In this document: piece after piece, positions 45,294 to 58,287 of the stretch
How the letters are laid out: each line of letters begins with the position of its first letter
How positions within the stretch are numbered: position 1 is the stretch's first letter
Assembly: GCA_012295275.1 (NCBI GenBank)
Contig: CM022667.1
Location: 8,370,001-8,434,000, forward strand
DNA: 64,000 nt
Direction of reading: 5' to 3'
Source: Chrysomallon squamiferum
Taxonomy: Eukaryota; Animalia; Mollusca
Program-made: the position numbers and the translations under genes
Notes under the pieces: model-generated
Databases searched by the model: none
What the model was told of the DNA's origin: nothing
What the model saw: only the letters and a program-made list of their open reading frames with translations

Positions 45294-46631
45294 GTCTGTC
45301 TGTCTGTCTGTATGTCTGTCTATCTATCTATCTATCTACCCATCTATCCATCCACCCTTCTATCTATTTATTCGTATATTTGTCTATCTATATGTCTGTC
45401 TGTCTCTCTCTATATATATATATCTATCTCTCTATCTACCCATCCACCCATCTATCTATTTATTCGTTTATTTGTATATCTATCTATCTATCTATCTATC
45501 TGTCTGTCTGTCTGTTTGACTGTCTGTCTGTTTGACTGTCTGTCTATCTATCTATGTGTGAGAGGGGGCGGGTTTATGTTAATTAAAACTAACCTTGTTC
45601 ATTTTTGCCTACTGACTGAGAATGTAATTCATTCTTTGGAAACAAAATATTTAAATCTGCATCGGTTTGCTTAGCCAATATAAATAACTTTTTTCTCTGA
45701 AAGGGGGCGGGTTTAAAAAATAAAAAATAAATTGTTCATAATTTTGCAATAATAATAATAAATAAATAAATAAATGTACATTCATTCACAGAAAACAAAA
45801 TATTTAAATCACATTATCGGTTTATTATAACCAATATTAAATTTTATTATTATTATTTTCTGCAAGTAAAAAACTATTAATATTTCAAACAGTTATAAAT
45901 TTTCAACCAATGTAAACAAAATAAACTCATTTACCGCATTAAGGCAATTATTGAACTGAGGTTATATTCTGAGGTATAATAGTATATGTAATGTAACGAT
46001 GGAGATGATTGGTTATGTATTTAAGGTCAAGGTCGTGTTTTGAAGATATTTACCAGCATGTTCAGTTCGTTGGCTGTTTCTTCAATAGCCTGACTGTGTC
46101 TGTTTAGTAGTGAGACATTCTTATCCATTGACTTAGCGGTAAGGAATTCTAACAAAATAATAAAGTCAGCTTTTTAACCACGAATTTTCAAAGAACTTTA
46201 ACTGCGGAGCCAGTGGTCAGTGTGTGCATGCACGTGCGTCTTTATTCCTAAAGAGATCTTAATAAATTAAAGTGCAGGTAGTGTGCGTATAATTGAATAA
46301 TTGTGTGTGTGTGCGCGTGTCTGTTTCATTTTTTATTACTGACAAATATATCATCATCTAAGTTAATAGTTCTTTCTTTTTTCTTTTCTTTTTTATATAT
46401 CTTTTTCTTTCTTTTCGTTTTTTTTTTTTTTTTTTTTACCTCTTTTTTTTTTTTTTTTTTTTTTTTAATTCTATTTTAATTTTTTTATTTATTGTTTTTA
46501 TATTTTAGGTGATTACAAACCTTCGGAATCGCCGGCAGCCCCTGAGAATTGAAGACGTTTTCGACTTTTTGTGTAACTCTTTAATTGTTCCGTCATCTTA
46601 CTGAGTTCTTTTTGCTGAAAATAATTACTTA

Positions 46632-46662
<31 letters not shown>

Positions 46663-47079
46663 GCATCACCACCACCAATAATAATAATAATAATAAAAAT
46701 AATAACAATAATAAAAATAGTATTGATAATAATTTCTAGAAATTATAAATACACAAATGAATATAATATATTTAAAGCCTATTTTTGATTATTAAGACAA
46801 CAATCAACTTGCTTTTAATAATTATAATAATTTCTTTTTGTAATATGCATAGATAATTTTAGATATTTTTTTACTATGCAGACAGACAAACTTTTTTTTA
46901 GATAATTAAATATTTGTTTTAATATACAGATAGATATTTAGATATTTGTTTTACTATGCAGACAGACAATCACTGACTTTTTTCTGTACAGCTTTCTGTG
47001 TTTTGAGAATCAGCTTCGTGTTGTCTCGAACTCTCCACGCTCTCAAAACATCCAAGTTTTCATCTTCCAGCATAGCCAT
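44068..47079 (-). CDS. Uncharacterised ~200-aa protein with N-terminal coiled-coil-like region; 7-8 short exons
   Basis: Exons 47079-46978, 46614-46521, 46148-46054, optional 45955-45935, 45615-45594, 45185-45079, 44490-44331, 44093-44068. All have AG/GT boundaries with consistent phases. Reads [19 protein letters not shown]...[13 protein letters not shown]...AFQKCTTK*. Likely 5'UTR donor near 47425; TGACGTCA near 47509. Confidence 0.7.
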
Positions 47080-47083
47080 CTGT

Positions 47084-47123
<40 letters not shown>

Positions 47124-47135
47124 TAGTAATAGTAA

Positions 47136-47216
<81 letters not shown>

Positions 47217-48804
47217 CAGAAGTAGTAGTAGTAGTAGTAGTAATAGAAGTAGTAGTAGTAGTAATAATAATAATAATAAAAATATTATGGCGTCCCGGAA
47301 TTCGTTCTGTCCAGTTTAGTAAGTGACTGGTTTTTACACGTTTCACTGTACACACGTTGTAAATAATAGTTATTTGAAATATATTTGTCTAATAAACTAT
47401 CTGTGTGTGTTAATCATTTACTTACATTATTTCTGTTTATCTAGAATAACCCAAATTTAAACGTAGACTGTAATTCATAAACGCTGAGTAGTCGCTCTCT
47501 GAAATTAATGACGTCATATAATTGACTGTCATGTATAGAAACGTCTCATGAATATTCATTATGACATTATTTCTCTTACAGTTAAACTAAACGACGATGG
47601 AATACATAATATAAAACTTGATTTGTACTTTTGTTTTCATTTTTTGTTTTATTATTTATTTATTTATTTATTTATTATTATTATTATTTTAGCAGTGAAG
47701 TTAATCAAAGCTAAATGATGATATTTGTTATTTTATGTGTATGTTATTGTTTATATAATGTATGTGTTAGTATTTGGTTATGCATGATGCTTATACATTT
47801 ATTTTTCTGCACATACATGTAACATTATTCCTCTATTTTCTTGTTCATTTGTGTGTGTGGGTGCGCGTGCGTGCGTATGTGTGTATTTAATATAGACATA
47901 AATATAAATACACATGCGTTGCTAACTGCTTTTACGCCTCTGTAAAGGTAAGTTTCTGTGACTTTGTGTTTTAAACACTTTAACTACTGCTTATAGACAA
48001 TTGTCACACAGTGCAAGCCAGTGTTGTCAAAATTCAAATATTTTTTTTATAAATATAAAGCAAGTTATAGCATTTTATATTTTATTTCCAATGATTATAT
48101 GGCATGCAGCGTACCATAAAACTGAAATATATCGTTTGCAAAATTACAGATGTTTATAAACAACGACGACAACAACAACAAAATGGACACATCCATTTGG
48201 AAACATATATTTTTATCCAACAAACAATAACATTTTTGATTTCTACCAAAGTTTTAAACCGCATAACTCCAAAATCAATTGTTAGAATATATTGAACAAC
48301 ATGACCTGGCATTTTCACTGCAAACGATTAGGTGAATTAATCATTCTGTCACATAGTCATCACGTGATCGGAAGTTATTTCTTACTGGGGTGTATTTGTC
48401 TATTTGAGCTGCCTTGTCTAAATTGAAAATTATGACTGAAAATAAAAGTATTTTATAGGTTCTTTTTTCTTCGTCTTCTTCTTCTTCTTTTTTTTTTTTA
48501 TCAGAACGATTGAGAGAGAGTGAATGTTGTTGGCATTGAATGGATGAAAATGATGAATACGAACTAAATTAATGAAAAGAATAATAAGAATTAACGGGAA
48601 AAAAAAACAGACACATAAAATGTAATAAAAAAATAACAACAATAAAACAAACAAATAATTAAATAAACAAATAACCCGTCAAAATCGCAGAACTGGTAAT
48701 AATATTTCTGTGATTGCAGCGTAACAACACAGTCGTGAACAGTCCTTCTAATTACATTTTACAGGTCACGTGATTCTCAATTAAAACACGCGTGTTGTCC
48801 CTCT

Positions 48805-49054
48805 TTACGAAACACAACTTTTCACCCACGATTCGCCGCAGTAGCTGCGAGGTGAACTGCTGAAGTGGCCGGCGCCGAACGCGTTGACGGCGCCGTAGTA
48901 GGTCTCTGCGATTTCGTCGCAGAACATCTGCGTAGCAGCATCGAACATACTCTCCATTATTAACCGCTTCTTCAGACCGCGGCAGACTGACAGGGCGTCC
49001 CGTTGTAAGTGATGGTCGCACGCATCTTTAGAAATACCGTACCGCGTACCCTGA

Positions 49055-49107
<53 letters not shown>

Positions 49108-49128
49108 TAACTACAGTGAAACAATACT

Positions 49129-49179
<51 letters not shown>

Positions 49180-49462
49180 TACAGTGAAACAATATTGACA
49201 ATAATAATAAGAAGAAGAAAAAGAATTTAAACATAGTTAAAATAAGAAAAAATACAATACATTCTGGAAGATAACTTATATTTATAATGACACTGTAACA
49301 GTTAATAAAACGACAACAACAGTAATAATAATAAATAAATAAATAATAACAATTGTAAAAAACAACAACAGTGATGATCATAAGGAGAATAATTATATAT
49401 TAGTGCTGATACCAAAATACAACGACTCTCTCTAATCACATAATCTGCAATACAACTTAAAC

Positions 49463-49502
<40 letters not shown>

Positions 49503-49748
49503 TAACGATAACAATAATAATCAGACAAATAAATAATCGAAATATATACAAAACTGTGATAAGAAATATCTTACGCAGTCGTAACAGATGTCATGTTTAT
49601 TACACGCATGGCGGAACTTTTCTTTGTAGAAGAAAGGAAGATGTCCAGGAATACTGCAGCCGTCAGAGTGACCGCGGTCACAGTCCTCCGCGTTTGCAGT
49701 GACCAACAGAACTGCTACAACAGCAAGTACACCAAACAGCGAGGACAT
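48805..49748 (-). CDS. Conodipine-like secreted phospholipase A2, copy B
   Basis: Coding exons 49748-49575 and 49050-48805; non-coding exon donor near 50076 and TATA near 50140. ACNKHDICYDC, KKR linker, YYGAVNAFG. Same intron positions as copy A. Confidence 0.88.
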
Positions 49749-51194
49749 CTATTCAAAAACAATAATAATTTAATATTTATACATCTACTACGCACAATTG
49801 TAATCGCTAGTCACATTTTTGAAGAGCTGGCTGCAGTTTCGTTATCCACTGAGTTAGCGTTAACGTATGACAGAGTAATATTTTGTTACATAATTGCCCG
49901 ATCCAACCAATGCCACCGCGACTGTGGGATATATTTTCAGTTATGTCTGTACTTATTAATTTTATTTTATTTTATTATTTATTTATTTATTTATTTATTT
50001 ATATTTATTTTTAGTTTTTCTATTCAGTTAGCGGTTATAAATTATTTTGTTACTAAAGCAAAAATGTTGTGCTTACCTTGTATGTGAACGGACGGTCAGT
50101 AAAACGTGACAGTGAGATCTCGCAGGAATCAGTATTTTATATATTCAAAAGTTAAAAAAATAAAATAAAAAAATAAAAAATTATCTGCGATAAATTGTTA
50201 TCAATGGATATAATGGTCTTAATTTTGGGGGGGGGGTTCTTTTGTATCAGGTGAAATAAATCTTAGCAAAAACAGGAATAAAATTGAACATTCCATGAAT
50301 AATTAAGCATAAGCATAAATAATTAAGCAGTGTTTTAATTTAAATATTTTTCTAACGCAAAAGAAACAGTCGCATTTTTTTTCTGTTAATCATATCACGT
50401 GATCTGTTATCAGTAAATACCGGGTTTCTTATTCTCTTTTGTACATTTATAGACAAAAGGTGCATTAAGAAATATATAACATTTGAAATATTCTATATAT
50501 CTATTATTTGGTATGATTATAATTAAATCAAAAATTAAATAATGAAAGCTACTTTTACCTCTATAAGGATATTCCTGTGTTTATGCATATACCAGATACT
50601 TTTTTGTGATACTATAATGAGCCCCTTTCACCGTATGACGTTTCCATTACATAATGATACAGCTGTAAGTTCCCACGCCCCATTTTCAATCTGTTATAAA
50701 TTTTTCTTGCAACTTAGTATTAATAAGAACAAGACAGTTTTTACTCTAATATTTATTTACGGTTGCTTAAAATAAAAATAAAAATATAAAATAAATAAAT
50801 AACAATTATTACTATTGTTGTTGTTATTTTTATTAAATAAATAAATAAATAAATAAAATAAAAAATGTAAAATCTGGGTCCATAATAAAAACAGTAATAG
50901 AAGTAACGATGATGGTAACGTAACAGCAACAGAAACCTATTTAACAACGACATGTCAATGATTTAAACTAATTTAATAAATAACTGAATAAAATAAAATA
51001 AAGAAAGAAAGAAAGAAAACTACTTTTCCGATATGAAACTTTCCATGACAAAATAATTTTAACCTCAAACCCACGTTTATAGTATTTGAATTTTCGGTTA
51101 GTAAAAGCTTATTTTAAGTTAAATGTTTGGCAATGCCATAGGTTTCTGACTGTTATTTTTAATTAACTTAATTAAATTGAACATTCTGAGTTTA

Positions 51195-51798
51195 GATAAC
51201 CAGACACAAAAGGTCACGTAACAGAAGATTAAAAGTGTGTCATTAACCAGACAGAAGAGGTCACGTAATAGGAGATTAAAAGTGTCACTAACCAGACAGG
51301 TCACGTAACAGTAGATTAAAAGTGTGTCACCAACCAGACAGAAGAAGTCACGTAATAGGAGATAAAAAGTGTCACTAACCAGACAGGTCATCTAACAGTA
51401 GATTAAAAGTGTGTCACCAACCAGACAGAAGAAGTCATGTAATAGGAGATAAAAAGTATCACTAACCAGACAGGTCACGTAACAGTAGATTAAAAGTGTG
51501 TCACCAACCAGACAGAAGAGGTCACGTAATAGGAGATTAAAAGTGTCATTAACCAGACAGGTCACGTAACAGTAGATTAAAAGTGTGTCACCAACCAGAC
51601 AGAAGAAGTCACGTAATAGGAGATAAAAAGTGTCACTAACCAGACAGGTCACGTAACAGTAGATTAAAAGTGTCATTTACCAGACAGGTCACGTAACAGT
51701 AGATTAAAAGTGTCATTTACCAGACAGGTCACGTAACAGTAGATTAAAAGTGTCATTTACCAGACAGGGTAGATTAAAAGTGTGTAATTAACCAGACA
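51195..51798. repeat. Higher-order minisatellite, alternating sub-units forming an ~85-bp dimer
   Basis: Alternation of ccagacaggtcacgtaacagtagattaaaagtgtgtca and ccagacagaagaagtcacgtaataggagataaaaagtgtca, ending in ~39-bp monomers. Confidence 0.9.
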
Positions 51799-53435
51799 TG
51801 ACACGACATAATGAGCGCAATAGCTAATTTAATATGTAAAATAATAATAAAAAAATTAAAAAATAATTAACTGAAACTGAAATATAAAGAACAAAAACAA
51901 CATCAAAATTAATTTTTTTTGTTAATGATATATTACTTATTAACAAATAAAAAAATCGTTTTAAGAGACTAAACATATAACACAATATACAAATGGGCTG
52001 CATTCTTTGCAAACAACAATATTTCAGTAGTGATTTTATATAACAATATTTATTTATTTTCTCATTTTACAGCAATGAATACAAATAACTCATGTTATAT
52101 CTAGGTAAACAGTATAAGAATGTTTTTTTTTATTAGTAGTATTTTTTTTTTTTTTTTTTTTTTTTGTCAATATTTTATTATACAGAAATATGAATCGGAC
52201 ATAGTATAGTTTTGTAAGAATGAAAATGTCCAATAACCTTTCATATAAAAAAAAAAAATAACCTTTCAATAAAAAATATATATATAAAGTGGCAAGTCTT
52301 TATACTACAGTGATAACTGAGATTTCTATTAGATGACACCAGAAAAAATAAAATAAAATAAAATAAAATAAATCCAATAAATAATAACACATCATATTGC
52401 ATTATGCATTCACAGCATACATACTGTATAACAACATTATAATCAGCATAAATTAATTTTTGTTTTTATTTTACATCGGTTTAAACTCCCAAACCACCCC
52501 TAGAAATGAAATGATTCAACACCATAGCCATGAAATCTAATAACTTAAACCATTGATGATGAAGATGAATGTACTAAGATGAGTTACAAATATCAAGTAA
52601 TTAAAAAATACGTTTACAATGATTTTTCATGTCGTTTTAATAAACTGTTTATAATGCAAATGAATAAATTAATTTCTATTTCAAAAATGTCATTTTACTG
52701 CAAACTACAGATCAATGCTGAAAATAAAATAAAATGAAAAAATGAGGTTATGATCTGTGAAATGGCAGATCCCAGACATATTTCTATTAACTAGTACAAA
52801 TAAATATATATGCCACTTCAGTGAACCAAATGCAATTTGGTGATAAAAAAGACTGAAAGACTGAAGATGTACTAAAAAATGTGAAACTGATATTTTTGTA
52901 ACTATTTAAAGTTTGTTATCTGAAATCCAAACTGAAATATAATTATATATTAACGATTTATGAAAACATTATCACTATCATCAAACAGTTTAAAATACAT
53001 AATGAAAAATATTATTTTACATAATGAAAAATATTAATTTACATAATGAAAAATATTAATTTAAATAATATTAGTAACTGTTTTATGAATATCTAATCCT
53101 TTAACAAAGTCCATGTTTAGAAAAGTCAAGAAGGATTATTTATTTTTCACAATCTAGCTACTGAGAAAAGCCAAGGACAAATTCATGCTCCATAAATTTC
53201 TTTGAATGGTTAAAAAAAACACATGAGTAATTACATCTATGCTGAAAAAAAAGCAGTAACAAATGGATTTTCAGGAATATTTTACAGCAAGACATCTCAA
53301 ATGATTAATGTTTCATGTCATTCCTGTTCTTCTCCAGCTCAGTAACAGTTTCATGTATGAGAGATAACTGTGGATTTTTAAATTCATCCTCTCTCTGTGT
53401 TTGTTTTACAGTCACAGTTTAAGTTGTTCCAGTGT

Positions 53436-54758
53436 TTAGTCCTCTCCCAGCTGATTGCCACGCCCCCAGGCGTGACGTCCTCCGTAATCATCATCAGCGC
53501 GTCTACGACTTGATGGCGGCATGCCAAACCCAGCAACACCACCTCTCCGGTTTGGAAAATATTTGTATCTTTGAAAAAAAATAAAATAAAATAAATAAAA
53601 TAAATAATAACACATCGTACTGCATTACACATTCAAAATATATTTCAACTAAAGATGGCTATAGTAAAAAAAAAAAAGTATATAAAAAATAAATAAATAA
53701 ATAATACAAATTACTGGAATAGTATGTATAACATAGGATACTTTTATATATTTAAAATAAAATAAAATAAATGTTTTATACAGAAAGTTATAAAATATTA
53801 ATATTTAACTAATTATTAAGCACAGAATATTTATTTTTATAGCTGTTTTTTTTCTTCCATAATATTAAGTCAGTTTTACTTCACAAACATTGAGGAATGG
53901 ACGAGCTGACCAATCAACATTTCCAAAATCTACAGTCAACTCTACTTGCAAATGTACAGTAAATTATATACGTCTGATATTTTTCTTGAGCAGTGTTATA
54001 AATCCTGAGAGACATTTCTTTGGTTTGCTTAATTAATGAAAACAGCTTAATATTATCTTTAAGAAGTGGCTACTTCACATATGAAGTTCATAACATGAAA
54101 AAAGAATATCAAATAATGTTTAATATCATTGATACTCACAGAATACTGGGAACAGTCAATATTTTGGATCCTCCGAAATCTTGAGGATATTTAAAATTCA
54201 AGAAGAAATATAAATGTCCAACAAAAATTCCTATCAACTCAATCAGTCCACTGAAATAAAATAAAATAAGTTAATATAAATAACTCAAAAATGTGCATAA
54301 CCTCATTTTCAGGAAGAAAAACATTTTAGGCTTACATTTTTTCAAATATTTTTATACATTATTAAAAAATATGTAATTTAGTGATATGCCAATTAACAAG
54401 TTAATTTTTATCTGTTACATCAGAATTAATGAATATTTCTCTTGGAGTTAAATATTATAATAAAAACCTTCTACTAGCTATAGTTTCTGCAGATTTACAG
54501 TGAGACTACCCAAATAAACCAAAAACATTTTTACTTACCCATCACCTATAATCATATTGAAAGCCAAAAGAACCCAAGGCAAATACATCGCCTAAAACAA
54601 CAAAAACATTTTTTTTAAATTAAAAACATTTAACATTAAATATGATTAATACTTACCACTTTGGTTTTATACACAGTAAAATTAATTTAAGGTTTTTGTT
54701 TTTAATTTCTAATGAGCAGTGTGAAGATGAGAACCAAAAATACTGTGTTGTGAGTTAG

Positions 54759-54820
<62 letters not shown>

Positions 54821-55577
54821 GAAATTTATAATTACCTTGAATCTGGTTCCAAACCAGAACGTGACAATCTGATCTTTGTTCAGTTGACACCAGACGTACA
54901 AAACACTGAGAACCATAGGGTCCATCAACAACTGAAAAAATTTTTTTACTTATTTAACGTAATAAACAAATTTCTCCCACATAGGAACATGATATAAATT
55001 AAATCAAGGGTTTTTATATAAATAAAAAAAAACTACTAAAATAAAATGTTTTATTTATTTATATACATATACAATGATTATTATAATAAGAAATAAAATG
55101 TTTCAGTACATATGTATGTATCGTAAGGATAAAATTAATTCAACTGAGAATGGAACCTGTTATTAAAATGACATTCAGTTAAAAGAAAAAGAGTAATAAA
55201 ATAATTATATCCAAATTATATTTTTTTTTATAAAATATTATTTTCAAACTTCCAAATACTCACCATTAGGTTTGCCATTAAGCCAATGATCTGTGTATCA
55301 GGTTAAGGAAAAGTATCATAAAACTGAGAAATAATAAACATATTTATATTTATTTTTGTTTTAATATATATTTTTTTGTTTATTTATAATTATTATTATT
55401 ACTTTTATTTTCTTATTGTAATATCTGTATCACATCAATATCATATTATTTTAAAGTATATTAACATTTTATTTTCAACAAATATAATTATTTCTATTTA
55501 TATGAAATCAAAACTATTGTTACCTACCATTTTAAAGCAGTCTAATTATACGTCTCAAAAACTTTTGAAATCTGTAC

Positions 55578-55609
<32 letters not shown>

Positions 55610-56603
55610 AACCATTTACAGCTTTCAGCTTTAAAATTTTAGAACCAGACTAAAATGAGCTAAGACACATTTTTATCTTTGTCACACTTAAGCCGAGTCT
55701 TTGTGTAATATTATAATCACTGTACATACAAAACTGTCAAAACAGAGCCTTCATCATCAACACTAGGAAACTAATTATAGGTTTGAGTACAATGATATTA
55801 TAAAATATATGGACTATAAAATTTAATTAGTTATATTTTATATTATCTTCCTTACTGATGAATTAATTAATGTAATTAAAGCAAGATAATCATAAAGTGT
55901 TCAGTGGTGACTGAAGTAAGCTATGTCAACTTGTTGTGCTTTATCAGTTGACATCAATACTTATCAAGTAATCGAATTGTCATTGTTTTCTTAAACATGG
56001 TGGCTAGCATGAAAATCAGAAATACAGCTGAAAGATACAGTTAAACAAATCCAGTTGAACAACAACATGAAGAGATAGTCAGCTGGCCGGCCATCAAAAA
56101 TTCCTGAAAATAAATTAAAATAATGTAAGTGCTTTTATGATTCAACATAATGTCATTATTATAATATACAGGACATACCACATCACAAACAAACTACAAA
56201 TATATTCAGTTTAAATTTTTATAACAGATTGCTTTTCAAGGCAAAATATTTCACTGAAATAATTATTTTTAAAATGATTTAAATATAATGGGATTGACTT
56301 TCTTCCTTTTTTTTTTCCATTTATTTATTTATTTATTTATTTAATTTTTTGGTTACCTGTTTCCAGTCGTGTGGAATAAGAATAAAGAAAATAAAGATTT
56401 AACAGAAAGTGAAATCCTTTTGGACCAGCTATAGGATAATACAACACTGCAGTAAGTGGTCTCCAGATCTGAAAAAAGAAAAAGAAATAACAATAACAAC
56501 AAAATGATAATAGTCTATATAAGTTGACAGCAAAATAAAGGATTTGGCAATGAGCCTTAAGCTGAGTCTCTATGAAATTTTATAATCATATTATAATTAC
56601 TAT

Positions 56604-56654
<51 letters not shown>

Positions 56655-56999
56655 TAGGTGCATTTTATTTTATCTTAATAATAAAGCTAATGCAAGATAG
56701 CTAGCTATAAAGTGTACAATGGTGACTGTAGTACTAGTAAGTTATGCTATTAATATCAAAAATTAACAATAACTATAAATTATATTATAATGATAATCAT
56801 AATCCATATCATTATATGATTAAACTATATAATATAATACCTGAAATTTGTAGATTAACCAGTCCCAATGCAGAATAAACCATAATGGGTTGATAATTCC
56901 TAGTTTGCCAATAAGAGGTAAAACGATTGAACCTGTGAACCAGTATTTTGTTATTTGCGGGATGCTACGATACCAATCACCAATGTCATTCGTCGCCAT
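53436..56999 (-). CDS. DERL1: Derlin-1 (ERAD rhomboid pseudoprotease)
   Basis: Exons 56999-56841, 56468-56357, 56103-56039, 55290-55264, 54931-54836, 54591-54539, 54250-54140, 53568-53436. Peptides DIGDWYRSIPQITKYWF, FQIWRPLTA, YSTRLETGIFDGRPADYLFML, FWFGTRFKAMYLPWVL, GHLYFFL, and C-terminal SHP-like HAWGRGNQLG. Confidence 0.97.
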
Positions 57000-57170
57000 G
57001 CTTTGAGTTGCAGCAAATTAAAATACGTTCTACTCTATCAGAACGATTCGCTTTGTTTTGAACGTTTTTAATTTTAAAAGAAATAATTTAAGTCTGACGT
57101 GGCTTTCCCTCAGCTTTACATCGCAAATAATACCGGAAATGGAAGAAAAAGCGTCACAGGAAGTTATTGT
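57000..57170. promoter_or_regulatory. DERL1-proximal (probably divergent) promoter with UPRE-like and ETS-like motifs
   Basis: TGACGTGG at 57095-57102; ACCGGAAAT near 57132; CAGGAAGT near 57157. Confidence 0.5.
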
Positions 57171-58287
57171 AATTGCTATTATAATTCCACCCAGAAATAT
57201 TGACATTTCTACTCCTCAGCTTCATTTCTTTAAAAACAAGTTACTAAGTGTACATTTGCATGTTAGATGTAAACAACTGTTTTAAAAGATCTAATAAATA
57301 AAAAAATATTATATTTATTTCTCTACCATTAATAAACTTTTGATATACTTATCTATTTTATAACCAAAAAAAATAATAATAATAAAAATAAAATTAATTC
57401 ATAATTTTAAGATCTACTGATCAATAAATATTTATGTTTGTATATAAGAAAATATTTTTAAAAAATACTTGTATATGGTTATATCAGTAATGTATAGTTT
57501 TAAAAAGAGTAGTCTGAAAAATTATAACTGTTTTACAAAAATCTAAATAAAATTATAACAAAAATGAAAATAATTATAACGAACGTTAGTCCTTTTTTAA
57601 AAGAGATTTTATGTACATTTGGCATATTTATTTGGTTCATTGTTGAAATCAAATGCATAAAATTTTCTTTTGCTTTTTTTTTTTTTTTTTTTTTCTTTTA
57701 ATGACCACTGAATTTTTCTTATTAAGGTGCTTTCAAAAGTCGATGTAATGAAAAATCTACTACATAGATTTAATTGAAAATAGGATAAATTAATTTAATA
57801 TAATTAATTTCAAACATATTTTGTTACGAGAGTGTTAAAAGGAATTTGAAACTATAAATGATATTAAATGCATTTAAGTATGAATTGAAAAAATATTAAT
57901 TAACTAAGATTCTTGTTTTGAGAAATAGCATGATCAACGAATCCATATTTTTAATAAACTGACAAAAACAAAGGCGCCATTTTGAAAAACATGTTCAGTC
58001 AGATCTCGTTAGCTTCCGAGTTAAGATAAATATTCTGCCCATTTAAGCATTCGTATAATTCACTCAACTAAATACTATCATCAACCTCTTTGGAAATCAC
58101 TATAATATGCAATTTTTTAAATTTATAAACATGTATGTCTAATTTAGGACAACAAACATTCTGACAGGCGTCAAATTCAAATTGATATTGATCATATTCT
58201 GCTATTCATCATATTGTGTTTTATAATATTTACACGTTTACTTCTGTCAGGTTTAGAATTAATTGAAGTTTTGAATTTGTCAAAAAC

